Virus record (IMG/VR): IMGVR_UViG_3300027710_000011
Span: 124,001 to 188,000 of that record
Strand: one strand, 5' to 3'
DNA length: 64,000 bases
The notes beneath the pieces were generated by a model, which was not told the origin of the DNA, searched no databases, and worked only from the letters and a program-made list of their open reading frames with translations. Each line of letters opens with the position of its first letter. Position 1 is the stretch's first letter. This document shows positions 49,356 through 58,226 of the stretch, in pieces. The position numbers and the translations under genes were made by a program.

Positions 49356-50960
49356 CTATTCGTCGGTCGGGACGATCCGACTGACTCGATGCATGAGCAG
49401 GGAAAAAAACACACCAATCACGTCGATGGGGATCAGATGCGGGAAACGTGGCAGATTGGTTTCTTTGCCAGAGGTTTCAGGAATCGCAATCACCGCCGCC
49501 GTCGAATCGTTGATGAACGAGTCAATTGCTGGGTAATACTTTTCCTGGATTTCCTTGACGCCGCTCAAGACTTCCAGCATGCTGTCGATGGTTTCAACAT
49601 CGTTATAGCTGTTGCCGTCGATCGTGATGTTGGCAATCCAATGACCGTACTGGCGCATACGCGACAGATTGGCGTGATCCAAGATGGAGCGATTGCGGCC
49701 TTCCACATCGGTGCGATCACCAGTGAAGGTACGGTCGATCACGCTGATCAGCGAGTCAATCCACACTTGGGTCGAACGAACGTAGTCGCCAATGCTCGGA
49801 ACCTTGAGACCGATCGTGACTTGATCATCCTTGAGTTGGATGGTGCGGCCGGACGAATGGATGAACTGTTCACGGTAGATTTTGACCATGTCATCCGTGA
49901 TTTGTTCCGGCTGACGATTGCTCATGTGAGCCTTTTGGCGATCAGTGAAGGCTGTTTGATCAACCCACATCAGCTTGCCCACATCGATCAAACCGGTGAT
50001 CACGTTCTTGCTAACGATGCCTTCAGCAGTCACACTGGAGCGGGCGAACTGGAAGCCGTTAGGCCAGATGGTGCAAGCCAGACCCCAGACCAGGATTGGC
50101 AAGTCAAGAATGCTGATCTTGTCGCGCAGATTCTTGCTGTCCTTCAGAGTGGTCGAGTAGACGTGATCCATGATCATGTCCACAATGTTGTCCACCAAGT
50201 AGCCCGAGGTATTGGAGAAGGCCATACCGAATGTAACGCGGCCCAGAGCAATACGAGCTTGCTCGTTGCGCTCACGCAGTTCCAGGTACGCAGAGTCTTT
50301 CGGAGTCTTCAGCGTGATGTGGAAGCCAGAATGCCACAGAGGGATCTGAACCAAACCACCACTGCCCAGCAAAGCGCGCATGCGAATCAGCGCGTTCTCG
50401 CCGGTGAGCTTTTGACCTTCTTTGTCGGCAAACTTCGGCGACGAGAAAGCAAGACGACCATTCGGAGTGTCCAGGCCTTGACGCCAAGCCGAACCTTCAC
50501 GAGTGATTGCAGGAACCAGCAGACCACGTTTCAAGCGAGGGATCTCGCCTTGATCAAGAATGCCTGCCCAGGTCTTGCCAATATTGGTGGCGAAGTCCTT
50601 GGCATCAGGGTGACGCAGGTTTGCTTCCGTATTGGCAGCAGTGGCCGCAGGCAAAGCCATTGTTTCAAGACTGGTGTCCAGAGTACCGTCGAGGTGACGA
50701 ATACCCTTCTTGACATCCTCGTAGTCTTGTTGAACAGTGCTGCAGTCGACGAACCCGAGCATCTCCGGAGTTGCCGATGCGCGGGCATCAGGTTCTTCAG
50801 CATCAAGCTTGGGTGGAACAACAGAAGCCGGAGCTTCTTCATGAGTCTTCACTTCCTCGACTGGCTGTGCAACTTCAACAGCCACGGGCTCGGCAAGAGC
50901 TGGGGGTTCTGCAGGCATTTCCGGCGGAAGGCCGGCGGCTTCATTGGTATCTGTAATCAT
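49356..50960 (-). CDS. conserved jumbo-phage protein (gp77-like; tail/baseplate assembly chaperone candidate)
   Basis: QIPLWHSGF.ITLK.P, WGLA...WP.G, LRQY.HWI-like motif, ends IPID....FF. Confidence 0.65.
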   Translation of the reverse strand: MITDTNEAAGLPPEMPAEPPALAEPVAVEVAQPVEEVKTHEEAPASVVPPKLDAEEPDARASATPEMLGFVDCSTVQQDYEDVKKGIRHLDGTLDTSLETMALPAATAANTEANLRHPDAKDFATNIGKTWAGILDQGEIPRLKRGLLVPAITREGSAWRQGLDTPNGRLAFSSPKFADKEGQKLTGENALIRMRALLGSGGLVQIPLWHSGFHITLKTPKDSAYLELRERNEQARIALGRVTFGMAFSNTSGYLVDNIVDMIMDHVYSTTLKDSKNLRDKISILDLPILVWGLACTIWPNGFQFARSSVTAEGIVSKNVITGLIDVGKLMWVDQTAFTDRQKAHMSNRQPEQITDDMVKIYREQFIHSSGRTIQLKDDQVTIGLKVPSIGDYVRSTQVWIDSLISVIDRTFTGDRTDVEGRNRSILDHANLSRMRQYGHWIANITIDGNSYNDVETIDSMLEVLSGVKEIQEKYYPAIDSFINDSTAAVIAIPETSGKETNLPRFPHLIPIDVIGVFFSLLMHRVSRIVPTDE

Positions 50961-50975
50961 CTTGTTCTTTCTGGA

Positions 50976-51677
50976 TCAGTGAACAGTTTCTTTGACTTCC
51001 ACATCAGTGATGACGGTCGGATCTTGTTCCGGAGTCATACCGGGTTCCTCGGCCACCACGTTCATGTGCAAGTGAGTAGCAATGTGCTCAGTCACTTGCT
51101 TGGAGAGTTCAGTGGCGACTTCCGGGGCGGCAGCGGCCAACTTTGCTTCAGCAGCAACGATGATTTCCGTCACCGACTCGATCATGGGACGCACGTTGGC
51201 TTCGAACTGTTCAGTCCAAACCAAGTAGTCATTGTGCAGCATGATCGCTTTGAGGTGCTCGTCGGCATTGCTCGAAGCACCAGTGTTCTCGGCATGCTGC
51301 GCGCGGATGCCGGAATAGAACTTGGCAAATTCGGTCAAGTCGCGAGCCAGCACGCTGGCCGTGCGGTTGAGATGTTCCATGTTGTCAACATGCTTCATCA
51401 ACTCAGCGTTGCGAAGAATCGGCAACAGGGCGCCAGGAGATGCCAGCAGCTGACCACAGCGGCCGGCGATTTGATTCAGGTCATCCCAAACCTTATTGTT
51501 CTCGGGCGGCTGAATCAAGTTGTCGGCAACAGTCGTGCCTTTCTTGGTCAAACCAGTGGCGCGGCGCTGAGCGCGATTCATTCCGCCAGCCAGCATGTTT
51601 GCGGCCAAGGCCGTCTTTTTCGGATCAGTGGTCGGAACTTCAATGCCGTGGACTTTTCGAGTGTTAGTTTTGCTCAT
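50976..51677 (-). CDS. hypothetical protein
   Basis: 233 aa; AGGAG SD; basic N-terminus with NRAQRR. Confidence 0.8.
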   Translation of the reverse strand: MSKTNTRKVHGIEVPTTDPKKTALAANMLAGGMNRAQRRATGLTKKGTTVADNLIQPPENNKVWDDLNQIAGRCGQLLASPGALLPILRNAELMKHVDNMEHLNRTASVLARDLTEFAKFYSGIRAQHAENTGASSNADEHLKAIMLHNDYLVWTEQFEANVRPMIESVTEIIVAAEAKLAAAAPEVATELSKQVTEHIATHLHMNVVAEEPGMTPEQDPTVITDVEVKETVH

Positions 51678-51884
51678 GATTTTCTCCTGAGGGATATCAA
51701 CTTAAGAATGGCGGATAGCCCTCAACTTACGAATCAGTCCAGGGCCTGATCGTATAAATTGTTAAAAGCACTCATTAAGAACGAGATGCGGCTTCGCTAC
51801 AGAATTCAAAGAAACGTGTATTTTTTCCCTTATTATTCCGCAATATTTTGATTCATTCTCTATATATGAAAAAAGGGTGTCCCC

Positions 51885-52778
51885 ATGCTGGATTCATTGA
51901 ACGTTTATTTACAAACGTCAACAACTCCGGAACTACGAGCTGCAATTGCTGATGCCTTTGATATTTTCGAAGAGTACGGCCTCGAGGATCCTGACGTTGG
52001 TTTCGAAGATATCTTGATGACCTCGGAAGACGAAGGAGTCTCTGAAGTCATGACACGCGTCATTGCCTTGACCGAGGAATTGCAAGATAGCATTCTGGGT
52101 CAGTTGCAGATCAAGTTGGCTGATGAGGCTTCCGTTTCAGAAGGCAACACAGTTTTGCGAGCTTTGAAGCAATTGGAGTCCTCTGACTTCAATGACGAGA
52201 TTCACCAAGTCTGTCGTGAGAACACTGACACGATCGAGAGCTTGGCTGAAATCTTGAATTTGGTTACAGGTATCGATACCGAGCGCCTGATGCCTATGTT
52301 TGAAGAAGTCAGTTCTTCTTTGATCAAGCGCATTGGTGAAAGAGCCGCTCTTTACGTGGCAGAACATCGCGATGCGGTTGATGTTGAAAAGAATTCGGAA
52401 CTGATGAAAAGGTTCCTAGCTTACCGCCTTGCCATGGACAGTCAACCGCTGTTCATGTACGACATGTTGATTGCCAGTGTTCCGCTGAATCAACCGTACA
52501 AGACTTACCACGTCAAAATCATGCAGGCTATTCAAGCTCAAGAGCTTGCTTCGCCAATGATGCCTCGTCTTCGTCAAGTCAAAACTGCTGTGCAACTTTG
52601 CGCAGCAGTCATCGTGGCCTGCGACACACAAGACGCCAACATGCGTAATGTGGTCATGGCTGAATTGGAAAAGACCTACAGCGACATTGATGCGATTACT
52701 CCTATCTACGTCGAAATCGATTCCATCATGAACAAGTTCCATGCCCTTATGAACTCGGGTATGGGAAAGGCTGAATAA
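51885..52778 (+). CDS. conserved protein (gp79-like)
   Basis: 297-aa acidic helical protein, TAATG-coupled to the RNAP subunit gene. Confidence 0.7.
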   Translation: MLDSLNVYLQTSTTPELRAAIADAFDIFEEYGLEDPDVGFEDILMTSEDEGVSEVMTRVIALTEELQDSILGQLQIKLADEASVSEGNTVLRALKQLESSDFNDEIHQVCRENTDTIESLAEILNLVTGIDTERLMPMFEEVSSSLIKRIGERAALYVAEHRDAVDVEKNSELMKRFLAYRLAMDSQPLFMYDMLIASVPLNQPYKTYHVKIMQAIQAQELASPMMPRLRQVKTAVQLCAAVIVACDTQDANMRNVVMAELEKTYSDIDAITPIYVEIDSIMNKFHALMNSGMGKAE

Positions 52779-54118
52779 TGAAACGACTTGATTTCTTCAT
52801 CGCTGCTTTAAAAGCAGAAGTTCACCTACGCACGGCCTGGGTGATTTCTGCCTTCAGCTTGATCTCTGAGAACCCAGATGCCTGGAAGGAAAACAGCACG
52901 CCTGGTGATCCTTCCAACTATCCTTTCCGGGTAGTTCAAAATGCGGCTGGTCATTTCTTTGTCAACCCTAGCAACGTTGATGAACTCGTCATGATCGAAG
53001 ATGCTCCTGCGGGCAAACCCATCTTCGAGATGAAAGAAGAGATCGATGTACCTGCTGGTACTTTGGTCAACATTGCAACTGACACGCACACCACTTACGG
53101 CAATCTGCTGTTCAACGCTTTGTGCTTGGTCTATCCGTTTGGGAATAAAATCCCATTTCAGAACGGCGACATCAGTACAAGCAAGTTGGAAGAAATGATC
53201 GTTGACCGCTTGAAGAGCACCAACGATAAAGAAGCTGCTGCATGGGAAGGTGAAGGTCGTAATCCAAAGTGGATTTACGTTGATGAGCATTTGAAGTTTG
53301 TCAACGCAATGTTTGCGCTTGGTGCTTTTACACAACTGTGCGTGCCTGCTTGTTCCGAGAAATCAATGACGTCTCCTCCCGGATTGGCAGAATTGCGCGA
53401 ACGTCTCTTGGCTGAGAACAAGGAACGCTTGCACGATCCAGAAGTGATTGCCAAGATTGATGCCGAGCTGGTTGGTTACTTGAAGGAATACCTCAAGGGA
53501 GATTCTTCCATGGGTTTCCTGAGCAAGAAATCTTTCGACGTTGTTCGCAAGAAACTGTTCTTGATGAACGGCGCTGAAGCCAGTTTGGAAAAAGACAACA
53601 GCTTCCAGTTGGTTACTCGTTCCCTGAACGACGGCTGGGACATGAAAGACTTCTCTGCACTTTGCACTGGCTCACGCTCTGGTTCTTACAACCGTGGCGC
53701 TCAGACAGAGTTGGGTGGCGAGGCCGTGAAATGGCTGTTCCGTGCTTCTTCTAACTTGGCAGTGGTTGGTAAAGACTGTGGTTCCCGCATGGGTAACTAT
53801 ATGTTTGCTGCTCCCGGTGAAGAACATAAACTGATTGGATTCACCGCCCTCATCGGTAATGACAATGTCAAGATCGATAAGACAAACGTCGGAACATACA
53901 TGGGTAAGCGTCTTTTGATTCGCTCGCCAATGTATTGCAAGATGCCCAAGACTGACTTCTGCGAAGCTTGTATTGGTGACCGCTTGGCAAACTCACCTAC
54001 GGGCTTGTCTACTGCTGTTGCTCACTACGGCGACACCTTCATGGCATTGTTCATGTCAGCCATGCACAGCAACGTGCTGGAGCTGCAGAAGATGGACTTC
54101 AAGTCGGCCATTGTTTAA
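52778..54118 (+). CDS. virion RNA polymerase beta' subunit, C-terminal part (phiKZ gp80-like)
   Basis: SR.GSYNRG..T.LGGE bridge-helix region, DCGS, RSPMYC.....FC..C.G zinc site, FMSAMH. Confidence 0.85.
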   Translation: MKRLDFFIAALKAEVHLRTAWVISAFSLISENPDAWKENSTPGDPSNYPFRVVQNAAGHFFVNPSNVDELVMIEDAPAGKPIFEMKEEIDVPAGTLVNIATDTHTTYGNLLFNALCLVYPFGNKIPFQNGDISTSKLEEMIVDRLKSTNDKEAAAWEGEGRNPKWIYVDEHLKFVNAMFALGAFTQLCVPACSEKSMTSPPGLAELRERLLAENKERLHDPEVIAKIDAELVGYLKEYLKGDSSMGFLSKKSFDVVRKKLFLMNGAEASLEKDNSFQLVTRSLNDGWDMKDFSALCTGSRSGSYNRGAQTELGGEAVKWLFRASSNLAVVGKDCGSRMGNYMFAAPGEEHKLIGFTALIGNDNVKIDKTNVGTYMGKRLLIRSPMYCKMPKTDFCEACIGDRLANSPTGLSTAVAHYGDTFMALFMSAMHSNVLELQKMDFKSAIV

Positions 54119-54195
54119 TGGTCTTTTTTACCTTACCAACGTGATCATGTGTTATGGTTAAGAACAGAAACAAACCTTTCAAATCGGAGCCTGGA

Positions 54196-55047
54196 ATGAG
54201 CAATGAGAACAAACCTGAAACCCTCGTCACTGGTGACGCTGGCGCTGCTGTCGCTGGCGGGAACGATGCATCTGCAGCCAACGCCGCAGGCATCAATGAT
54301 CAATCGGGCGCTGCAGCAACAACCGGTGAATCCGCAGCCGCCAATTCGCAACCCGAATCCGGTGGTGACGCTCAACAAGCTAACGAAGCGCCGAATCCGG
54401 ACTCAGCATCACAGCCTGAGCCTGAAGTCGTGATCACACCAGCGCCGGCTCCGGCACTGCAAGCTGTGTTGCCGCCTCCAGCGCCAAAGTTGCAACCTTC
54501 GATTGCTCCTACCCCGGATGCACCCAAGGCTGTCGTGGCCGCTGTGGTTCAAGAATTGCCCAGCAGCTCTATCACTGGCATCACGCCTCACGAGAACGTG
54601 AATCGTCTGCTGGCCGAAGTGCCCAAGAGCAAGCACGGCATCATCCACTTCCTGGTGGAATACGCTCGTGACATGGCTCCTCGTCGTCCCATCCCGACGG
54701 CCGAAGGCGCCAGCTATCAAGTCAACTTGTACCGTCAGCTGCATGCGTTGATCAACAAGGAAGACGAGCACTTCCGTCCGCTCTTCACCGCTGTTCTGCG
54801 CATGTTCGAAAACGAAGCAGACGGCTGCTTCCGTGCAAGCCACGCTTTCCGCTTCATGGAAAGCGTGTCGCTGAATCGTGATGAGCGCGAATCCTTCAAC
54901 AGCCTGATCGACGCCTTGCGCTTGCTGGGTCCTGTTCAAGGCCGCAAGGAAGCCGGAACGCAGATCAGCCTGTCCAAGGTGTTGGCCAAGAACATGACTG
55001 ACTCCGGTCGCTCGCGTGTCTTGAGCTACTTCGACGGCAGTATCTAA
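54196..55047 (+). CDS. conserved protein with disordered Ala/Pro N-terminus (gp81-like)
   Basis: GGAG SD before ATG 54196; conserved-looking C-terminal Y...M.P...G...Q..LY. Confidence 0.7.
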   Translation: MSNENKPETLVTGDAGAAVAGGNDASAANAAGINDQSGAAATTGESAAANSQPESGGDAQQANEAPNPDSASQPEPEVVITPAPAPALQAVLPPPAPKLQPSIAPTPDAPKAVVAAVVQELPSSSITGITPHENVNRLLAEVPKSKHGIIHFLVEYARDMAPRRPIPTAEGASYQVNLYRQLHALINKEDEHFRPLFTAVLRMFENEADGCFRASHAFRFMESVSLNRDERESFNSLIDALRLLGPVQGRKEAGTQISLSKVLAKNMTDSGRSRVLSYFDGSI

Positions 55048-55067
55048 GGTCTTTGATCTTTAGAAAA

Positions 55068-55108
55068 TAACAACACTACGAGGCCTAAGTGCTTCGTAGT
55101 GTTTTATT
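55068..55108 (+). terminator. intrinsic terminator
   Basis: AACACTACGAGGC-CTAAGT-GCTTCGTAGTGTTTTATT. Confidence 0.75.
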
Positions 55109-55139
55109 CTGTGTAGCACGTTATTACAAAGGACCCCTC

Positions 55140-56033
55140 ATGTCAAAGAACTTTCAGGTAGGCAACACTGATCCCTACATCTCCAAAATTCAACAAGCAA
55201 TCAACGAAAAGTTGGGCCCAGTTGACGCCAGCAAAATGCCTGGTAAAGCCTATCTGGTAAGCGATGGTGGTTTTGGTCCCAAGACTCGTGATGCCTTGAT
55301 GGCATTTCAAAAGTCAGTTGGTCTGAGCGCATCAGGCACGTACGATGCTGCAACTGCTGCGGTACTTGATCCATACATTGACCAGCGGTTCTTGTCTGAC
55401 GAAGACTTCTCTGGTGCTTCTCAAACGCTGCAAATTGAAGAAGCACTCATTCGCGCTGTGACCGAAGTCGAAGGTCGTGGCCGTGGTTTCTTGCCCGATG
55501 GGCGGCCTTTGATTCTGTTTGAACGCCATGTGTTCCGTCAGCAATTGCTCAAGCTAATGAAGGCGTCGACGGCAACGGCAGTAAGCGTTGCCAAGATTCT
55601 GGGCGTGGGCGTTCCTGTGACTGGTCCGAACATCGCGTTGCTGGACGATACGATGATGTCTTTGCATGGCGACATCTATTCCGAAAAGCTTGGTGGTTAT
55701 ATCGGTGGTGCATCCGAATATAAGCGTTTGGAAAAAGCTGCTCAATTCAGCCTGAGTGCTGCTCGTTCTTCCGCTAGCTGGGGTATGTTCCAGATCATGG
55801 GTTACCACTTCGCTACGCTGGGCTACGGCTCAGTTGAAGAAATGGTGAAGCTGGCATGCGTGAGCGAAACATCTCACCTGAAGGACTTCTGCAAGTTTGT
55901 TCAAGCAGATCAAAAACTCATCACGTCTTTGCGCGGTAAAGACTATCTGACTTTTGCACGGACTTACAACGGTCCTGGCCAACAAGGTTACGATGAGAAG
56001 ATCCGTACCGCCTATCAGAAGTTCAAGAACTAA
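55140..56033 (+). CDS. modular endolysin: peptidoglycan-binding domain plus DUF3380 N-acetylmuramidase
   Basis: DGGFGPKTRDALMAFQ...L.ASG; AV.EVE..G.GFL.DGRP.ILFERH.F; SASWGMFQIMG; FAR.YNGP. Confidence 0.92.
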   Translation: MSKNFQVGNTDPYISKIQQAINEKLGPVDASKMPGKAYLVSDGGFGPKTRDALMAFQKSVGLSASGTYDAATAAVLDPYIDQRFLSDEDFSGASQTLQIEEALIRAVTEVEGRGRGFLPDGRPLILFERHVFRQQLLKLMKASTATAVSVAKILGVGVPVTGPNIALLDDTMMSLHGDIYSEKLGGYIGGASEYKRLEKAAQFSLSAARSSASWGMFQIMGYHFATLGYGSVEEMVKLACVSETSHLKDFCKFVQADQKLITSLRGKDYLTFARTYNGPGQQGYDEKIRTAYQKFKN

Positions 56034-56054
56034 ACAAAAAAAATAAGGCGTAAT

Positions 56055-56089
56055 AGAGCCAGAGCTGGGTGACCAGCTCTGGCTCTTAT
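56055..56089. terminator. bidirectional terminator
   Basis: AGAGCCAGAGCTGG-GTGA-CCAGCTCTGGCTCT. Confidence 0.85.
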
Positions 56090-56105
56090 TCCGTGACCTT
56101 GCTTC

Positions 56106-56555
56106 TTACGAAGCTTCGGTACCGGGGGCAGGCTTTTCAGCCGGCGTAGGCGCAACCTTGACCAGACCGACACTCATCTGTTCAATGCTGTCCATGATGG
56201 CGTGGCCGGTCCTGGACATCTCGGCTCGGGCGGCGGGCGTCATGACCGGTTTACCGTCGTCTGCAGGAGCAGGTGTCACGCTCCAAGTACCGCCGACGAG
56301 GCCGGCATCAGGCTTGACTTCTTCGGTTTTCGGAGCGTTCATCTGGATCAGCTTTTCCAACGCTCCCATAGCGCGAGTCAAACGAACCGTGATTTCGCCG
56401 ACAGTCTCGGTCGAAACGACGTAGCCTTCCAACGTCGGTTGCTTCGTCAGCAAAGCAATCGTCAGACCCATGTCTTCATGAGTCTTCTTGAACATGTGGC
56501 TGACGATAGCGCGGCGCTGATCATCAGTCAGAGGTGTTTTGTTTTCTTCAGACAT
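56106..56555 (-). CDS. hypothetical protein
   Basis: 149-aa ORF. Confidence 0.7.
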   Translation of the reverse strand: MSEENKTPLTDDQRRAIVSHMFKKTHEDMGLTIALLTKQPTLEGYVVSTETVGEITVRLTRAMGALEKLIQMNAPKTEEVKPDAGLVGGTWSVTPAPADDGKPVMTPAARAEMSRTGHAIMDSIEQMSVGLVKVAPTPAEKPAPGTEAS

Positions 56556-56619
56556 TGTGAGTCCCGTGATAAAAATAGAAGACTAAGGGTGGTTAGCCCT
56601 TAGTCAAGCAACACCTACG

Positions 56620-58179
56620 TTACCCGAGCGGGATAGCGTAAGTGGATGAGCCACAAACTAAAGCTCTGGTCAGCAACAACTCTTTCTTCTTCATGTGATA
56701 ATCAACGTGTTTAGACACGTCTGTACACACGAAGTAGATGAAACGTAGCTTCATGTCAGCATACTTCTCAGGATTTGTTACTGGAAGATTTCTCAATCGT
56801 CCAAAGCCTTGGATGTTGGATGCTGAACTCGACACCGCCGTCGTTAAGATGACAGTGGAGAGTTGATCAATGTCGTGTCCCGTGCCGGCCGATTGCAAGG
56901 TACTTACAGCGATCTCTGCATCCAACAAGTTCTCATACGGGTCATCTTCGACATAACGCCGAACATCTTTACCCGGATAAGTTTTCTTCAAGTACTGCGC
57001 CACTAGCGTGCACAAGTCAATCGATGCGCAATATACGAGCAGGCGATTGCCTTGTTTGTAGTCCTTCAAATAGTGATCGTGAATTGCAACATCAATCAAG
57101 TTCATGTACCCCTGCAGGAGTAATGGGTACTTGATGACGCTTTGTTCAAAGGCATGGTGACTGTAAGTCGAGGAGCCCCACTCCGACGTCTTCAGTAAAT
57201 CAGGCCTTTTGACACTATAGAACAATGCAGTGGATTCGATATATCGGTCATATGCGAGTCCAGCGTAGCGATGGTCTTTTGGATAACCGACCTCGTACAT
57301 ACGAGAAAGGAACGGATCATCGTTGATCAAGGTCGCCGAGAGCGAGATTGTCAATGGGCAGTGACAATACAAGTCCATCTTAAAGTTCAAATGGAAGTCT
57401 TGGTGAACCTCGTCGATGATTCGAACACCAGCGCCCAGAATTGGAAGGAGTTCTTCTGGGTAACAATCGTAGCCTTGGCTCAGACTGTAATCGCCTTTTC
57501 TCTCATACAACGTAAACCAGTTTTGTAGCGTTCTATTACTAATGATTACTACTCTTGCCTTGAGCTGACCGCTCTTGGCTGTGGCAATCAAATTCATCAA
57601 AGCAGCAGAGCCGTTGATCAGGATGGTTTCCTTTTTAGGGATACCACAAATCTTCTCAAAATCGCTAGCCCATTTCTCCATGTACTGGGGTTTAAGGATA
57701 ACGACAACTCTGGCTTTTGTGGCAGCAGCTCTATTTGCTGCCAAGAACGTCTTGCCCTTTCCTGGTTGGATTTCAACCAGCTTCCGTGTGTTCGGGAGCG
57801 AGGACAACAGGTATTCCGCAATCGGTTCCTGGTAGTCTCGCAATGTCCATCCCGGCAAAACGGAGATATCCACGGGCGCACCTTTCGGCGGCTCATGGAT
57901 AGTAACCTGGTAGAACTCAGGCAGGATTGAGATGTTGTTTAAATGAGTGACGAATGCGTCGTATTGGTTGATATGGAAACGAAACTCGCTTCCATCTCGT
58001 ACACGCGCACCAAACACTTTCAGCGGAGCGCGGACGTATTTACGCCCAACGCGGACAAGACCCATCTGAATGTAGTTCTTCGCAAACTGTGTTACTACCT
58101 CACGCCCACGAGGAGAGCAAAGCGACAGTTTGAAAAAGTGCGAGTACACATCAACCTTGAAGTATTGGTGCAAATACAT
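56620..58179 (-). CDS. superfamily 2 helicase (phiKZ gp75/UvsW-like)
   Basis: Q motif LRDYQ, Walker A PGKGKT, DEVH, SAT, motif VI IQGFGRLR. Confidence 0.9.
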   Translation of the reverse strand: MYLHQYFKVDVYSHFFKLSLCSPRGREVVTQFAKNYIQMGLVRVGRKYVRAPLKVFGARVRDGSEFRFHINQYDAFVTHLNNISILPEFYQVTIHEPPKGAPVDISVLPGWTLRDYQEPIAEYLLSSLPNTRKLVEIQPGKGKTFLAANRAAATKARVVVILKPQYMEKWASDFEKICGIPKKETILINGSAALMNLIATAKSGQLKARVVIISNRTLQNWFTLYERKGDYSLSQGYDCYPEELLPILGAGVRIIDEVHQDFHLNFKMDLYCHCPLTISLSATLINDDPFLSRMYEVGYPKDHRYAGLAYDRYIESTALFYSVKRPDLLKTSEWGSSTYSHHAFEQSVIKYPLLLQGYMNLIDVAIHDHYLKDYKQGNRLLVYCASIDLCTLVAQYLKKTYPGKDVRRYVEDDPYENLLDAEIAVSTLQSAGTGHDIDQLSTVILTTAVSSSASNIQGFGRLRNLPVTNPEKYADMKLRFIYFVCTDVSKHVDYHMKKKELLLTRALVCGSSTYAIPLG

Positions 58180-58226
58180 CCAGTGGGCTCCGTGTGGGGT
58201 GGTTGTTTAGACCACCCCTTACTCTC

